From Promethearchaeota archaeon (lineage in GTDB: Archaea > Asgardarchaeota > Lokiarchaeia > Sigyniarchaeales > SOKP01), in the NCBI GenBank assembly GCA_016839585.1, contig JAEOTZ010000013.1, positions 1 through 34,435 of the forward strand: DNA of 34,435 nucleotides. The letters run 5' to 3'. The notes beneath the pieces are model-generated. The model was not told where the DNA came from. It searched no databases and was given only the letters and a program-made list of their open reading frames with translations. The position numbers and the translations under genes are program-made. Below are positions 8,702-16,955 of this stretch, one piece after another. Each line of letters starts with the position of its first letter. The stretch's first letter is position 1.

Positions 8702-8707
8702 AATAAT

Positions 8708-8712
8708 TCACC
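8708..8712 (-). promoter_or_regulatory. Archaeal SD GGTGA upstream of ATT codons
   Basis: GGTGA lies 6 nt before the ATT at 8701 on the minus strand. Confidence 0.5.
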
Positions 8713-8834
8713 TTTAAAATTTGAATTATTTGAAAATTTGTTTTGAATCTAAAATAAATTATATCTTTATAATTTTTCTTGTTAAATATTTTGATATTAT
8801 TTTGTGATTAATATTAGAATTCAAAAATCAAATT

Positions 8835-9104
8835 TTAACCCCAATCACTTTTATATCCTGTTCCGCCTCTTGGCCAGTTAAATATTAAAGCTCCTTCTAT
8901 ACAAACATACCAACATGCACCGCATTCCATACATTTATCAAGGCTTTTAATAGTCGCTTTATTATTAATGATCTCAAAGCAGTCTGCTAAGCATACTTTT
9001 ACACAATTCGCACATCCAATGCATATCTCTTCCTCAATCTTGATAAATTCACCTGTACCCTCGATCCACTCAATTCCCGGAATTTCTTCAAAGGTTTTAA
9101 CCAT
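8835..9104 (-). CDS. 2x[4Fe-4S] ferredoxin (FixX-like)
   Basis: CIGCANCVKVC and CMECGACWYVC, with a W..PRGG.G C-terminus as in FixX-type ferredoxins. 1 nt after the flavoprotein stop. Confidence 0.92.
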   Translation of the reverse strand: MVKTFEEIPGIEWIEGTGEFIKIEEEICIGCANCVKVCLADCFEIINNKATIKSLDKCMECGACWYVCIEGALIFNWPRGGTGYKSDWG

Positions 9105-9105
9105 T

Positions 9106-10779
9106 TCATCCCCCTCTTCTATTTATTGGTTCTTGGAAAATTAATGGATTCGCATGATCAACAAAATTGATTAACTTTTTATTCAAACTCTCAGTTAGGG
9201 GATTTAATAATTTTAATAAACCTAAATAAAAAGGTTTAATAAATGGTAATGCAATTTTCATAAACTTATTAGCAGCATTAGAAAACGGGTGAATAAACCA
9301 TTTAAATAAACGACTGGAAAATTTTACAAAGGAATTTATCCAATTTAGTATTGACAAGAAAAATGATTCTTTAACCGTTATTTTATTTTGTAATTGAATT
9401 TTTAGCTCTTTCTTTCTTGAATAATCATAACTTTCATACAACCAGTTTTGGAAATATCTAAAATACATTTTTATCCATTTTGAAATGATCTTCGGGTCTT
9501 TTCTTAGATACAAAAGTATAGTTTTAATTAATGGAGTAGTGAAATGAGTAAGTGAGCCTAAACCCCAACCATTATATATAAATTTCTTCAGTTTCTTCAT
9601 GCTATGTTGCTCTTGTGCTATTCGTAGATTATACCTATTAGTGCCTGAAATGGACCATTGGATGATAGAATGAGCATTTATTCGCTCATCATACTTTTTT
9701 AAAAATGATTTAGAAAAATTATTTACTTTTATGGCATTAATAGCCACATCAGCTGCTATTTCTGCAGAAAACCACGCTGCTGGTACACCATCACAGAGTT
9801 CTGTACTTTCAAGACCAGCAGCATCTCCAATTAAAATCATTCCATTTATATGGTTATGTATATTTCGTAATTTTTTATTAAGTCCAACATAAATTTCAAA
9901 ACCCTCCCACATTCTTGCTCTTAATTTAGCTCGAGGAGCTACCTCATTTTTCCACCATGGTAAGGTTGATGTGATATTAACATGATATTCATCAAATAAT
10001 TTTTTAAGATTAGGAACTGATTTCTGATCTGTTCTTAAACATTGGTCTTGCATAAAATGAATACTTTCTCTATAAGGCCAAACCATTAATCCATTACCAT
10101 ACCCCAGAGGAGGAGCTATTTTTTGCTCGTCCCATCCCCAGCACATTTTTACTGAATAACCAAATATCTTATCAATATCTTCTTTTGTCATTTCATAATC
10201 GTAGGTATCAGCTAATGAAATTGCTTCAGGAGGATATTTCTCTCTCACTCCAGCTTTAATTGCCAATAAACCTTGAGAACCTTCTGCATCAATAACAATC
10301 TTGGCCCTAATTTTCTCTCCTTTATCTGTTATGATGCCTTTTACATATCCATCTTCTTTTATAACATCTACTACTGTGGTTGATGTTCTTAATTCTACTC
10401 CAGCTTCAATAGCTTTCTTAGCTTCCCATTCACATAATGGCTTACAATATGTATTATAACCAAATGCAATTATTGGTGAAAAAGGTTTTGGGACCTTTAA
10501 AGAGTCATCTATATCAATCTCTCCTTTTTCTATATCTTTAATAATATAATTAATTATCCCATCTGCTGGTCTTTCAAAAGGAGGGTTACCATCCCTAATG
10601 AATTCTGGTCCAAATAGAAAACCGTAAAAAGGTATGGTTAATCCAGAGATAACTTTTTCTCCAACATTCTGCGATCTTTCTATCATCAGTGTTTTTAAAC
10701 CGGCATCTGCGCACTTTTTAGCAGCAATAGGACCACCAAATCCAGCGCCAATAACAACTATATCATATTTTTCATTCAT
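9106..10779 (-). CDS. FAD-dependent oxidoreductase, FixC/geranylgeranyl-reductase superfamily
   Basis: YDIVVIGAGFGG, VIDAEG and LIGDAAG motifs. Coupled to a FixX-like ferredoxin. Confidence 0.85.
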   Translation of the reverse strand: MNEKYDIVVIGAGFGGPIAAKKCADAGLKTLMIERSQNVGEKVISGLTIPFYGFLFGPEFIRDGNPPFERPADGIINYIIKDIEKGEIDIDDSLKVPKPFSPIIAFGYNTYCKPLCEWEAKKAIEAGVELRTSTTVVDVIKEDGYVKGIITDKGEKIRAKIVIDAEGSQGLLAIKAGVREKYPPEAISLADTYDYEMTKEDIDKIFGYSVKMCWGWDEQKIAPPLGYGNGLMVWPYRESIHFMQDQCLRTDQKSVPNLKKLFDEYHVNITSTLPWWKNEVAPRAKLRARMWEGFEIYVGLNKKLRNIHNHINGMILIGDAAGLESTELCDGVPAAWFSAEIAADVAINAIKVNNFSKSFLKKYDERINAHSIIQWSISGTNRYNLRIAQEQHSMKKLKKFIYNGWGLGSLTHFTTPLIKTILLYLRKDPKIISKWIKMYFRYFQNWLYESYDYSRKKELKIQLQNKITVKESFFLSILNWINSFVKFSSRLFKWFIHPFSNAANKFMKIALPFIKPFYLGLLKLLNPLTESLNKKLINFVDHANPLIFQEPINRRGG

Positions 10780-10950
10780 ATTAATATCATTTATACTAGA
10801 TATTTTTAAATGTTTAACTATTTTAAAATAATTTTTAAATCGAAAATTTGGTAAAAATCTTAATAAATTATAATCAACGTTTTAACAATATTTATTAATA
10901 GGAACTTTTATGGATTTTTTATAACTAAATGTTAATCTTAAATTATTATC

Positions 10951-11706
10951 GTGATTTTTATGATGTTTGTAGCTTTAGATGATTTCACTCAACTTTCTGG
11001 GCTATTTGGTCTTATTACAATTCTTATAGCTTGGTTTTATAGTATAATTGTACTCTACAAGGCTATAAAGGAAAAACAGAAAATTCTTTATTATTTCTTT
11101 TTCGCAGTTATGTTCACAATGTCACCTTGGTACCCTAGTGGCTTGGGATACTTATATTGGCTAATTACACGAGAAGTATTTGAATATCCATTTTATGTTC
11201 TTTTAGGCACAATTGGAGTTCCTTTTGCTCTATATTCTTGGCTTCAAATATATTTGCCAGCTTTGCATCCTAATAAGAAAGAAATAGTTACAATAAGTAC
11301 AATAATTTTTTCAATCGTTTTTTACGTGTATCTGATATTTTTCCTATTCATCGCTCCAGGAGCTCCTGTAGATGAGTTAATTGGTATTAAAAGAAATGCA
11401 ATCGATATAGACTATAAAGGTTTTGTCTTGGTTTTCCTGGCTTTTTCTTTATTAGTAAGTACAATAACTGGAAATGATTTTTCTATTGCTTCGCTAAAAG
11501 TAAAAGATCCCGCAATCCGCTGGAAAGGTAGGTTTTTGATACTATCATTTAATTTATTTGCAATTGGAGCTATAGGAGATGGATTCATTCCCCTAACACC
11601 AATAACCTTGATAATCTTTAGGTCATTTATGCTTCTTTCAAGTACTTTTTATTATATAGGATTTATAATGCCTAAGTGGATGAAGAAAATACTTTCATTA
11701 GAATAA
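10951..11706 (+). CDS. Stand-alone ~7-TM membrane protein
   Basis: About seven hydrophobic segments, an extracellular-type loop after TM4 and a basic DPAIRWKGRFL loop before TM6. No soluble domain. Confidence 0.8.
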   Translation: MIFMMFVALDDFTQLSGLFGLITILIAWFYSIIVLYKAIKEKQKILYYFFFAVMFTMSPWYPSGLGYLYWLITREVFEYPFYVLLGTIGVPFALYSWLQIYLPALHPNKKEIVTISTIIFSIVFYVYLIFFLFIAPGAPVDELIGIKRNAIDIDYKGFVLVFLAFSLLVSTITGNDFSIASLKVKDPAIRWKGRFLILSFNLFAIGAIGDGFIPLTPITLIIFRSFMLLSSTFYYIGFIMPKWMKKILSLE

Positions 11707-11730
11707 GTCTATTCTTTAATTTCCTTTTTT

Positions 11731-12657
11731 TTATTCATAATTTATAATAAGGACAGCAATTAATACAATTACTCCACCTATTATATTCCAAAAAAGAATT
11801 GTTTCACTTCTTTGAAGTAAAAATGAAAATATAAGTGTAAGAAAAGGTTCAATATACAAGAATGAGGCAACTTTTGACGATTTTAAAAGTTTTTGCGAAT
11901 TCTGCCAAATATAATAACCTAATACATAACAACCCAAACCTAGATATAAAGCGCTTAGAAATAATATAAGATTTAAGAAATTAACGATAAAAATTAAGAT
12001 TTCACCACTAATTAATAGAAAAAATATTAGTTCAATTGTTCCAAAATAAGCAATATATTTATTCATAATTATACTTGACCTACTTTTTATTATTTTTTTT
12101 GTTGATGTAGAATAAATAGACCATAATAATGGAGTCATCAAAGCAAAAAGATAGCCCAAAAAATTTTGAGATTTAGGAGATAAAGTATTTAGATTTCCTC
12201 CAGTAACTAATAGAAAACCTCCTACTGTAGCTATTATAAACCCCAGAATTTTCAGTAGATTCAATTTTTCTTTAAAGAAAACTAATGCTAATAATGCTAT
12301 GATAACAGGAGCTAATAAACAAACAAATAAAGCAGGAAGTGAAGGACCTATTAATTCAATTGCAGAATACTGAGCTAAGAAAAATAATGAAATCCCGGTA
12401 AAACTTGCTATTAATATTAAAATCCAATCATTTTTAGAAAATTGTGTATTAGTCTTATTTTCAATATTCTTACTAGAGCTCCTATAATTGTTAATTTTTT
12501 TATAAATATCAGCTATTAAAAATATAAATGAGACAATAATGAACCGATACAAAGCAATAGCTAATGGTGGGATGAAATCAACAGAGATATCTACAATAAT
12601 AAATGAAAAACTCCACACAAAAATCATTAGAATTAATTCTAAATAAATAACTAGCAT
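11731..12657 (-). CDS. DMT/EamA family transporter
   Basis: WSFSFI...PPLAIALYRF, P.I.ALLA..FFKEK and YIEPFLT..FSFLL..E. Ten TM in two repeats. Confidence 0.92.
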   Translation of the reverse strand: MLVIYLELILMIFVWSFSFIIVDISVDFIPPLAIALYRFIIVSFIFLIADIYKKINNYRSSSKNIENKTNTQFSKNDWILILIASFTGISLFFLAQYSAIELIGPSLPALFVCLLAPVIIALLALVFFKEKLNLLKILGFIIATVGGFLLVTGGNLNTLSPKSQNFLGYLFALMTPLLWSIYSTSTKKIIKSRSSIIMNKYIAYFGTIELIFFLLISGEILIFIVNFLNLILFLSALYLGLGCYVLGYYIWQNSQKLLKSSKVASFLYIEPFLTLIFSFLLQRSETILFWNIIGGVIVLIAVLIINYE

Positions 12658-12764
12658 AATCTAACTAGATTCTAATATATTTTAAATCAATGATCAATTT
12701 AATCAAGATTTTATACTAAAATGATTTATAATTAATAATAAATTAAGAACTACAATTATTATTT

Positions 12765-13367
12765 TTGGAAAGAGACTATTTGAAGAAAATTAGTTATAGT
12801 CTGCGTATTGGGCTCATTGGAAGCCGCAATTCTGGAAAGGAACTTTTATTAAACTATTTAGATGATATTGCGATAGAAAAGAATCATTCTGATGATAAAT
12901 TTGAAGTATTACTAATTCATAAAGGGATTCCTTTTAAGATAAAAGTATTTCCTTCTGAGAATCTTATAGAAGTAATTTCAGAGCAATCTATAAATTTTGC
13001 AAAACTTGATGTTTTAATTATAATACTAAATCTAAACGATTTGAATTCAATAAAAGAATATGAGAAAGAGGCCTTTGAAGAGTTTCGCCATTTTTTTCTC
13101 TTTCAAGGATTATCAATTCTTGCTGGGATGGATGTAGAACAAATATTAAAAGGCTCCCCTTCTAATAATTTGAGAATTAGTAGGTTTAATTTGATTAAAA
13201 AAGCAAAAGAGTTAAATATTTTATATTGTTTTGAAATCTATAATAAAGAAAGAGACATTTCAGAGATTTACAATAAATTATTAAATGATTTTATATTTAA
13301 ATTCCAATATTCTACACCTGAATTGTTTGAGCAAGCAAAAATTTATGGAAGAGAACTTATTAAGTAA
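12765..13367 (+). CDS. Highly diverged Ras-like GTPase-fold protein (probable pseudo-GTPase)
   Basis: LRIGLIGSRNSGKE P-loop-like start, LDVLIIILNLNDLNSI strand/helix, and ILAGMD and CFEI at the G4/G5 positions. TTG start. Confidence 0.7.
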   Translation: MERDYLKKISYSLRIGLIGSRNSGKELLLNYLDDIAIEKNHSDDKFEVLLIHKGIPFKIKVFPSENLIEVISEQSINFAKLDVLIIILNLNDLNSIKEYEKEAFEEFRHFFLFQGLSILAGMDVEQILKGSPSNNLRISRFNLIKKAKELNILYCFEIYNKERDISEIYNKLLNDFIFKFQYSTPELFEQAKIYGRELIK

Positions 13368-13553
13368 ATAAGAGTCTTATAAAAAATCTAAATAAGAGAT
13401 AAGTTATAAAAACAATATAAAACAATTTAAAATAATAGTCTTAAAACATGATTGTTTATTATAAAAAAATCTAAAATCTTAAAATCTATTAAATAAATTG
13501 TATTAAGGTAAAATATAATATTTTTAAAAAAGATATGAGTTGATAATAAAAAA

Positions 13554-13748
13554 ATGTCAGAAAAATCAAATGATATTTTAACAATTGAGAAGACCGAAGG
13601 GCGAAGGAAATGTCCTAGCTGTGGAGAAGAAAATATGAATATGATTCATGAATCAACAGATAAGACAAATATAATTAATGATTATCCTCGTGTTTATGGA
13701 AAGAAATATCGCTGTGGTCGATGTGGCCAAGAATGGCGTGAAAAATAG
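13554..13748 (+). CDS. Small CPxCG zinc-ribbon protein
   Basis: CPSCG...YRCGRCGQEW. Confidence 0.8.
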   Translation: MSEKSNDILTIEKTEGRRKCPSCGEENMNMIHESTDKTNIINDYPRVYGKKYRCGRCGQEWREK

Positions 13749-13802
13749 ATAAGTTTATTTTATTTTACTCCTTTTTTTAAATCTAGTAAAGTGAGACCAT
13801 TC

Positions 13803-13943
13803 TTAGAAAAGAGTTTCATTAATCCGCAATAATATAAAATTGCCAGCATATGCTTTTTGGGCAATTAAAGGAGCTTTTATTACCATTTCAAATAATAGAC
13901 CACTAGTTCCAAGCTCTCTTTTCTCTAAAATTTCATATGGCAT
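13803..13943 (-). pseudogene. Truncated 5' stub of an NfnA/SudB (PyrK-like FAD/NAD-binding) gene
   Basis: MPYEILEKRELGTSGLLFEMVIKAPLIAQKAYAGNFILLRINETLF* matches the NfnA/SudB N-terminal pattern (IL.K.EL...M...AP.IA.KA..G.F..LRI.E) and stops where GERIPLT is expected. Confidence 0.75.
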
Positions 13944-14134
13944 TTTAAAATCATCCAATTTTTTTTATTTTAAGAGTTAAAATTCTTTATAATTCAGAAG
14001 AAACATAATTTTTTTAAATTATTGTTTATGAATTAGAGGATAAATTTGGATTCAAGACTATTATTTAGAAATGAACAGTTTAAATAATAAAGTATGAAAT
14101 GAAAATTTAAAGAAAACATGAAGGTTTTTTATAA

Positions 14135-14310
14135 TTAGAATTTCAGTGTGTCTTTTTCTCAATTAGGGCAAATCAATATTAAATCTTTTAAATGATTCTT
14201 TATTTTAGATTAATATGGTCAATTATTTCCATACTAACTTTGTTTTCCTTATATTTTGTCCGTTAAAGATTAGTTTCAGGATATAACCGCGCAGATTTGC
14301 CTATCCTTAA
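14135..14310 (-). pseudogene. Possible decayed HNH endonuclease remnant
   Basis: Minus strand reads ...VSMEIIDHIN, then a frameshift, then NHLKDLILICPN*EKDT, resembling EIDHIN...N...NL..LCPNCH..T. Confidence 0.4.
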
Positions 14311-14436
14311 TATGATTATTATTGGTAAGCCATGATTTTATCTAAAGATTTAAAAATAACAAACTTAATTATTAAATAATTATATTGAAATAAAACTAAC
14401 TTACATTAGAAATTTTTTAAAATTAATTTCTTTAGA

Positions 14437-15180
14437 GTGGATGAATGGATGGTACTATATCAAGAACCATTAGATAGCCCGATGAGAGTGCTAACTATTT
14501 ACGTCGCACAAGGATTAGCATGTGTTTTCCTTATTTTTATAGCGTACAAGATTCTTAAGCGAGATCGGAAGCGATTAAACCTTTTATTCTCAGGAACTTA
14601 TATATCTGCTGCAGTTGGACTTATTATAAATATGATTTACGGTCCTATTGCGAATGAGGATGTTGTTCTTATTCTTAACTACCTTACTAATTTTGGCATT
14701 TTTTATTCTCCAATATTTCTTGTAGTGTTTGATTTAATATTATTAAAATCTGAAAAAGTAATTACAACAACTAAGCAATTAGCAATCTTAATAGGCTATG
14801 GAATTCTGATGTTTTGCATGATTTTTTTCGTCCTTACCGAGGATTGGGGAGTCACAATTAATGAAGAAACTAAATGGTCACCTGTGTGGGAGTTACCTTT
14901 TTTCTTGTATTTAGTGATAATAGAATCTATTGCAGTTGGTCCATCATTATACTTATCATTTCAGATTTATCAGAAATTTGAAGATGACCAATTGAAGAAA
15001 AAATGGAGATATTTTATATTTGGATTTTGTGCATTTATTATTTTTATGTACGCGATATTTCTCTCAAATTTCTTAGATGTATCATTTATTAGAACATTAA
15101 TGGGCGGAATAGGTTTAATATTGGCAATTTTGGGGGGATATTTAATGTATAACGGCGTTGGACGCCAATTAGAGAAATAA
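14437..15180 (+). CDS. Stand-alone ~7-TM membrane protein
   Basis: Seven hydrophobic segments, a loop GVTINEETKWSPVW after TM4 and FEDDQLKKKWRYF before TM6. Confidence 0.82.
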   Translation: MDEWMVLYQEPLDSPMRVLTIYVAQGLACVFLIFIAYKILKRDRKRLNLLFSGTYISAAVGLIINMIYGPIANEDVVLILNYLTNFGIFYSPIFLVVFDLILLKSEKVITTTKQLAILIGYGILMFCMIFFVLTEDWGVTINEETKWSPVWELPFFLYLVIIESIAVGPSLYLSFQIYQKFEDDQLKKKWRYFIFGFCAFIIFMYAIFLSNFLDVSFIRTLMGGIGLILAILGGYLMYNGVGRQLEK

Positions 15181-15200
15181 TTTTTCTTTTTTTTTATTTA
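15181..15200 (+). terminator. Oligo-T archaeal terminator
   Basis: TTTTTCTTTTTTTTT immediately after the stop codon. Confidence 0.45.
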
Positions 15201-15348
15201 ATTTTTCCCATCTTAAATTTTATTTTTACTAATTAACATTATTATATATAATATTATTAAAGAATTAGTAGCAATTTTTACATTAAAGTTAGATTATTCT
15301 AAATATTCTCCTATAACTAGAAATCTTTAAACCAAAACTATTAATCGC

Positions 15349-15705
15349 GTGTCGATAATGATAGAAGAACTAGTGAGAGTAAGAGGTATTGGTCTCACAG
15401 GAGCAGATCGATTAATAAAAGCAGGGATTAAGACAATCGAAGAAATAGCAAATTCTAGTCCGGAAGAGTTGGCATGGATTAAGGGGATCGGCATGATATC
15501 AGCAAACAAAATAATAGAAAATGCTAATGAATTAATCAACTTAGAAAAAGGAATACAAAAAGTTCTAGATTCAATTAAAGAAACTTTTGCTAGGAGATGT
15601 CCTAAATGTGGAGGAGAAATGTTAGAAAAACTTATAATATTAGGGCCAGAAAGGAGATTAAGGGCCAATCAGTGTAAATTATGTAAATTTTATATGCCTA
15701 TTTGA
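15349..15705 (+). CDS. Tandem helix-hairpin-helix (RadA N-terminus-like) plus zinc-ribbon protein
   Basis: VRGIG..GA.RL..AGI.TIEEIA and IKGIG..SA.KII, then CPKCG...QCKLC. Confidence 0.85.
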   Translation: MSIMIEELVRVRGIGLTGADRLIKAGIKTIEEIANSSPEELAWIKGIGMISANKIIENANELINLEKGIQKVLDSIKETFARRCPKCGGEMLEKLIILGPERRLRANQCKLCKFYMPI

Positions 15706-15766
15706 GTTATTTAATAAGGGAAAATATGAGTCAGAATTAATTTTTTGTTGTTTTTATTTTTAAATA

Positions 15767-16726
15767 TCATATCCAAAAAGTAAAGAGAAATACATAAGAC
15801 ATAAAATAGAGTGAAATAAATAAAATACCTGCTTTCTTATCTACTTTTCGTCTTGTGGCAATTGTTATAAAAACTATGAAACTTGCTATAAGAGTATAGA
15901 GAACAGTAGGGATCGCAAGACTCGCGGTAATTGATTGTGGAAAAAGTGCTTGACCGATTCCTATTGATAAAGTAGAATCAACAATGCAACTTCCAATAAT
16001 ATCTCCTACAGCAATTTCATGATGTTTTAATCTGAGTGCATTGATATCAACAGCCAGCTCTGGAAGAGAAGTTCCAATGGCCACAATAAAAAAACTTATA
16101 ATATATTCATGAACCTTTAAAACACTTGAAATGACTATAACAGATTCAACAATCATAAAAGCACTAATCGCAACCCCCCCAAATCCTAAAACAGCGATAA
16201 TTAAATGATATTTTTTTTTTTTGGGAGCTTCAATTCTTTGGATCTTCTCTAGCCTTTGTAAAAGACTTTCTTTATTGGTATTATAAATTAACCAGATATA
16301 GATTCCTAAACATCCGATCATAAAAATTGCATCCAAACGCGTGAAATATCCTTTTTCTACCACTGTAAAGATTAATACTAGTGATAAGATTTCACATGAA
16401 CCTAAAATTATAATGTCTTTTCTATGAACCCAGATTACTCCAGTAATTAATGGTAACAAGCCAAATACTAATGTAAGCTGAGTCAAATCTGAACCTACAC
16501 TATCACCCACATCAATATCTCCATGACCTATGGCACAAGATACAATTGAATTAAAAATCTCTGGAATATCTGTTCCAATAGAGACTAATGAGACACCAAT
16601 TACTAAGGGAGATACACCCAATGCGGCAGCAAGTATAGCAGAATGTCTAACAGCTACAATGCTGGAGTAAACAATTAAAGCTAATCCACCAATAAGAATG
16701 AATATTGCTAATATGAGTTCAAACAT
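15767..16726 (-). CDS. Na+/Ca2+ (CaCA family) antiporter
   Basis: Alpha-1 SIGTDIPE...GDSVGSD and alpha-2 AIGTSLPE...GDIIGS repeats. Confidence 0.92.
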   Translation of the reverse strand: MFELILAIFILIGGLALIVYSSIVAVRHSAILAAALGVSPLVIGVSLVSIGTDIPEIFNSIVSCAIGHGDIDVGDSVGSDLTQLTLVFGLLPLITGVIWVHRKDIIILGSCEILSLVLIFTVVEKGYFTRLDAIFMIGCLGIYIWLIYNTNKESLLQRLEKIQRIEAPKKKKYHLIIAVLGFGGVAISAFMIVESVIVISSVLKVHEYIISFFIVAIGTSLPELAVDINALRLKHHEIAVGDIIGSCIVDSTLSIGIGQALFPQSITASLAIPTVLYTLIASFIVFITIATRRKVDKKAGILFISLYFMSYVFLFTFWI

Positions 16727-16955
16727 TATATTTTATATCTCTATAATTATATTATTTAATTTTGAAATTTCTACTCCAATCCCCTACGCTATCTATGACT
16801 TAATATGTGAGATTATACTTATCTGTCAAATTGATATTAGATTTATCCCTTAGCTAAATTTGATACTAACTTAATTACAATTTTTATTATTATATCGAAA
16901 CTATTTAAATTTTATTAAAGTATATATTATTTTAGATTACAAATAAGTCAGAACT

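Noticed and set aside
14270-14335. GC-richer patch (GGCAAATCTGCGCGG on the minus strand) as a c-di-GMP riboswitch or tRNA fragment
   Set aside because: It lacks the second stem and GNRA/receptor elements and forms no cloverleaf. Better explained as a coding relic.
10951-15180. The 7TM proteins as rhodopsins
   Set aside because: No retinal-binding Lys motif within helix 7 and no recognisable helix-3 RYxxW motif.
16211-16222. 12-nt homopolymer in the antiporter gene (also A10-11 runs near 28961 and 29633) as phase-variation or slippage sites
   Set aside because: Frames are intact and encode Lys runs, which is expected in AT-rich DNA.
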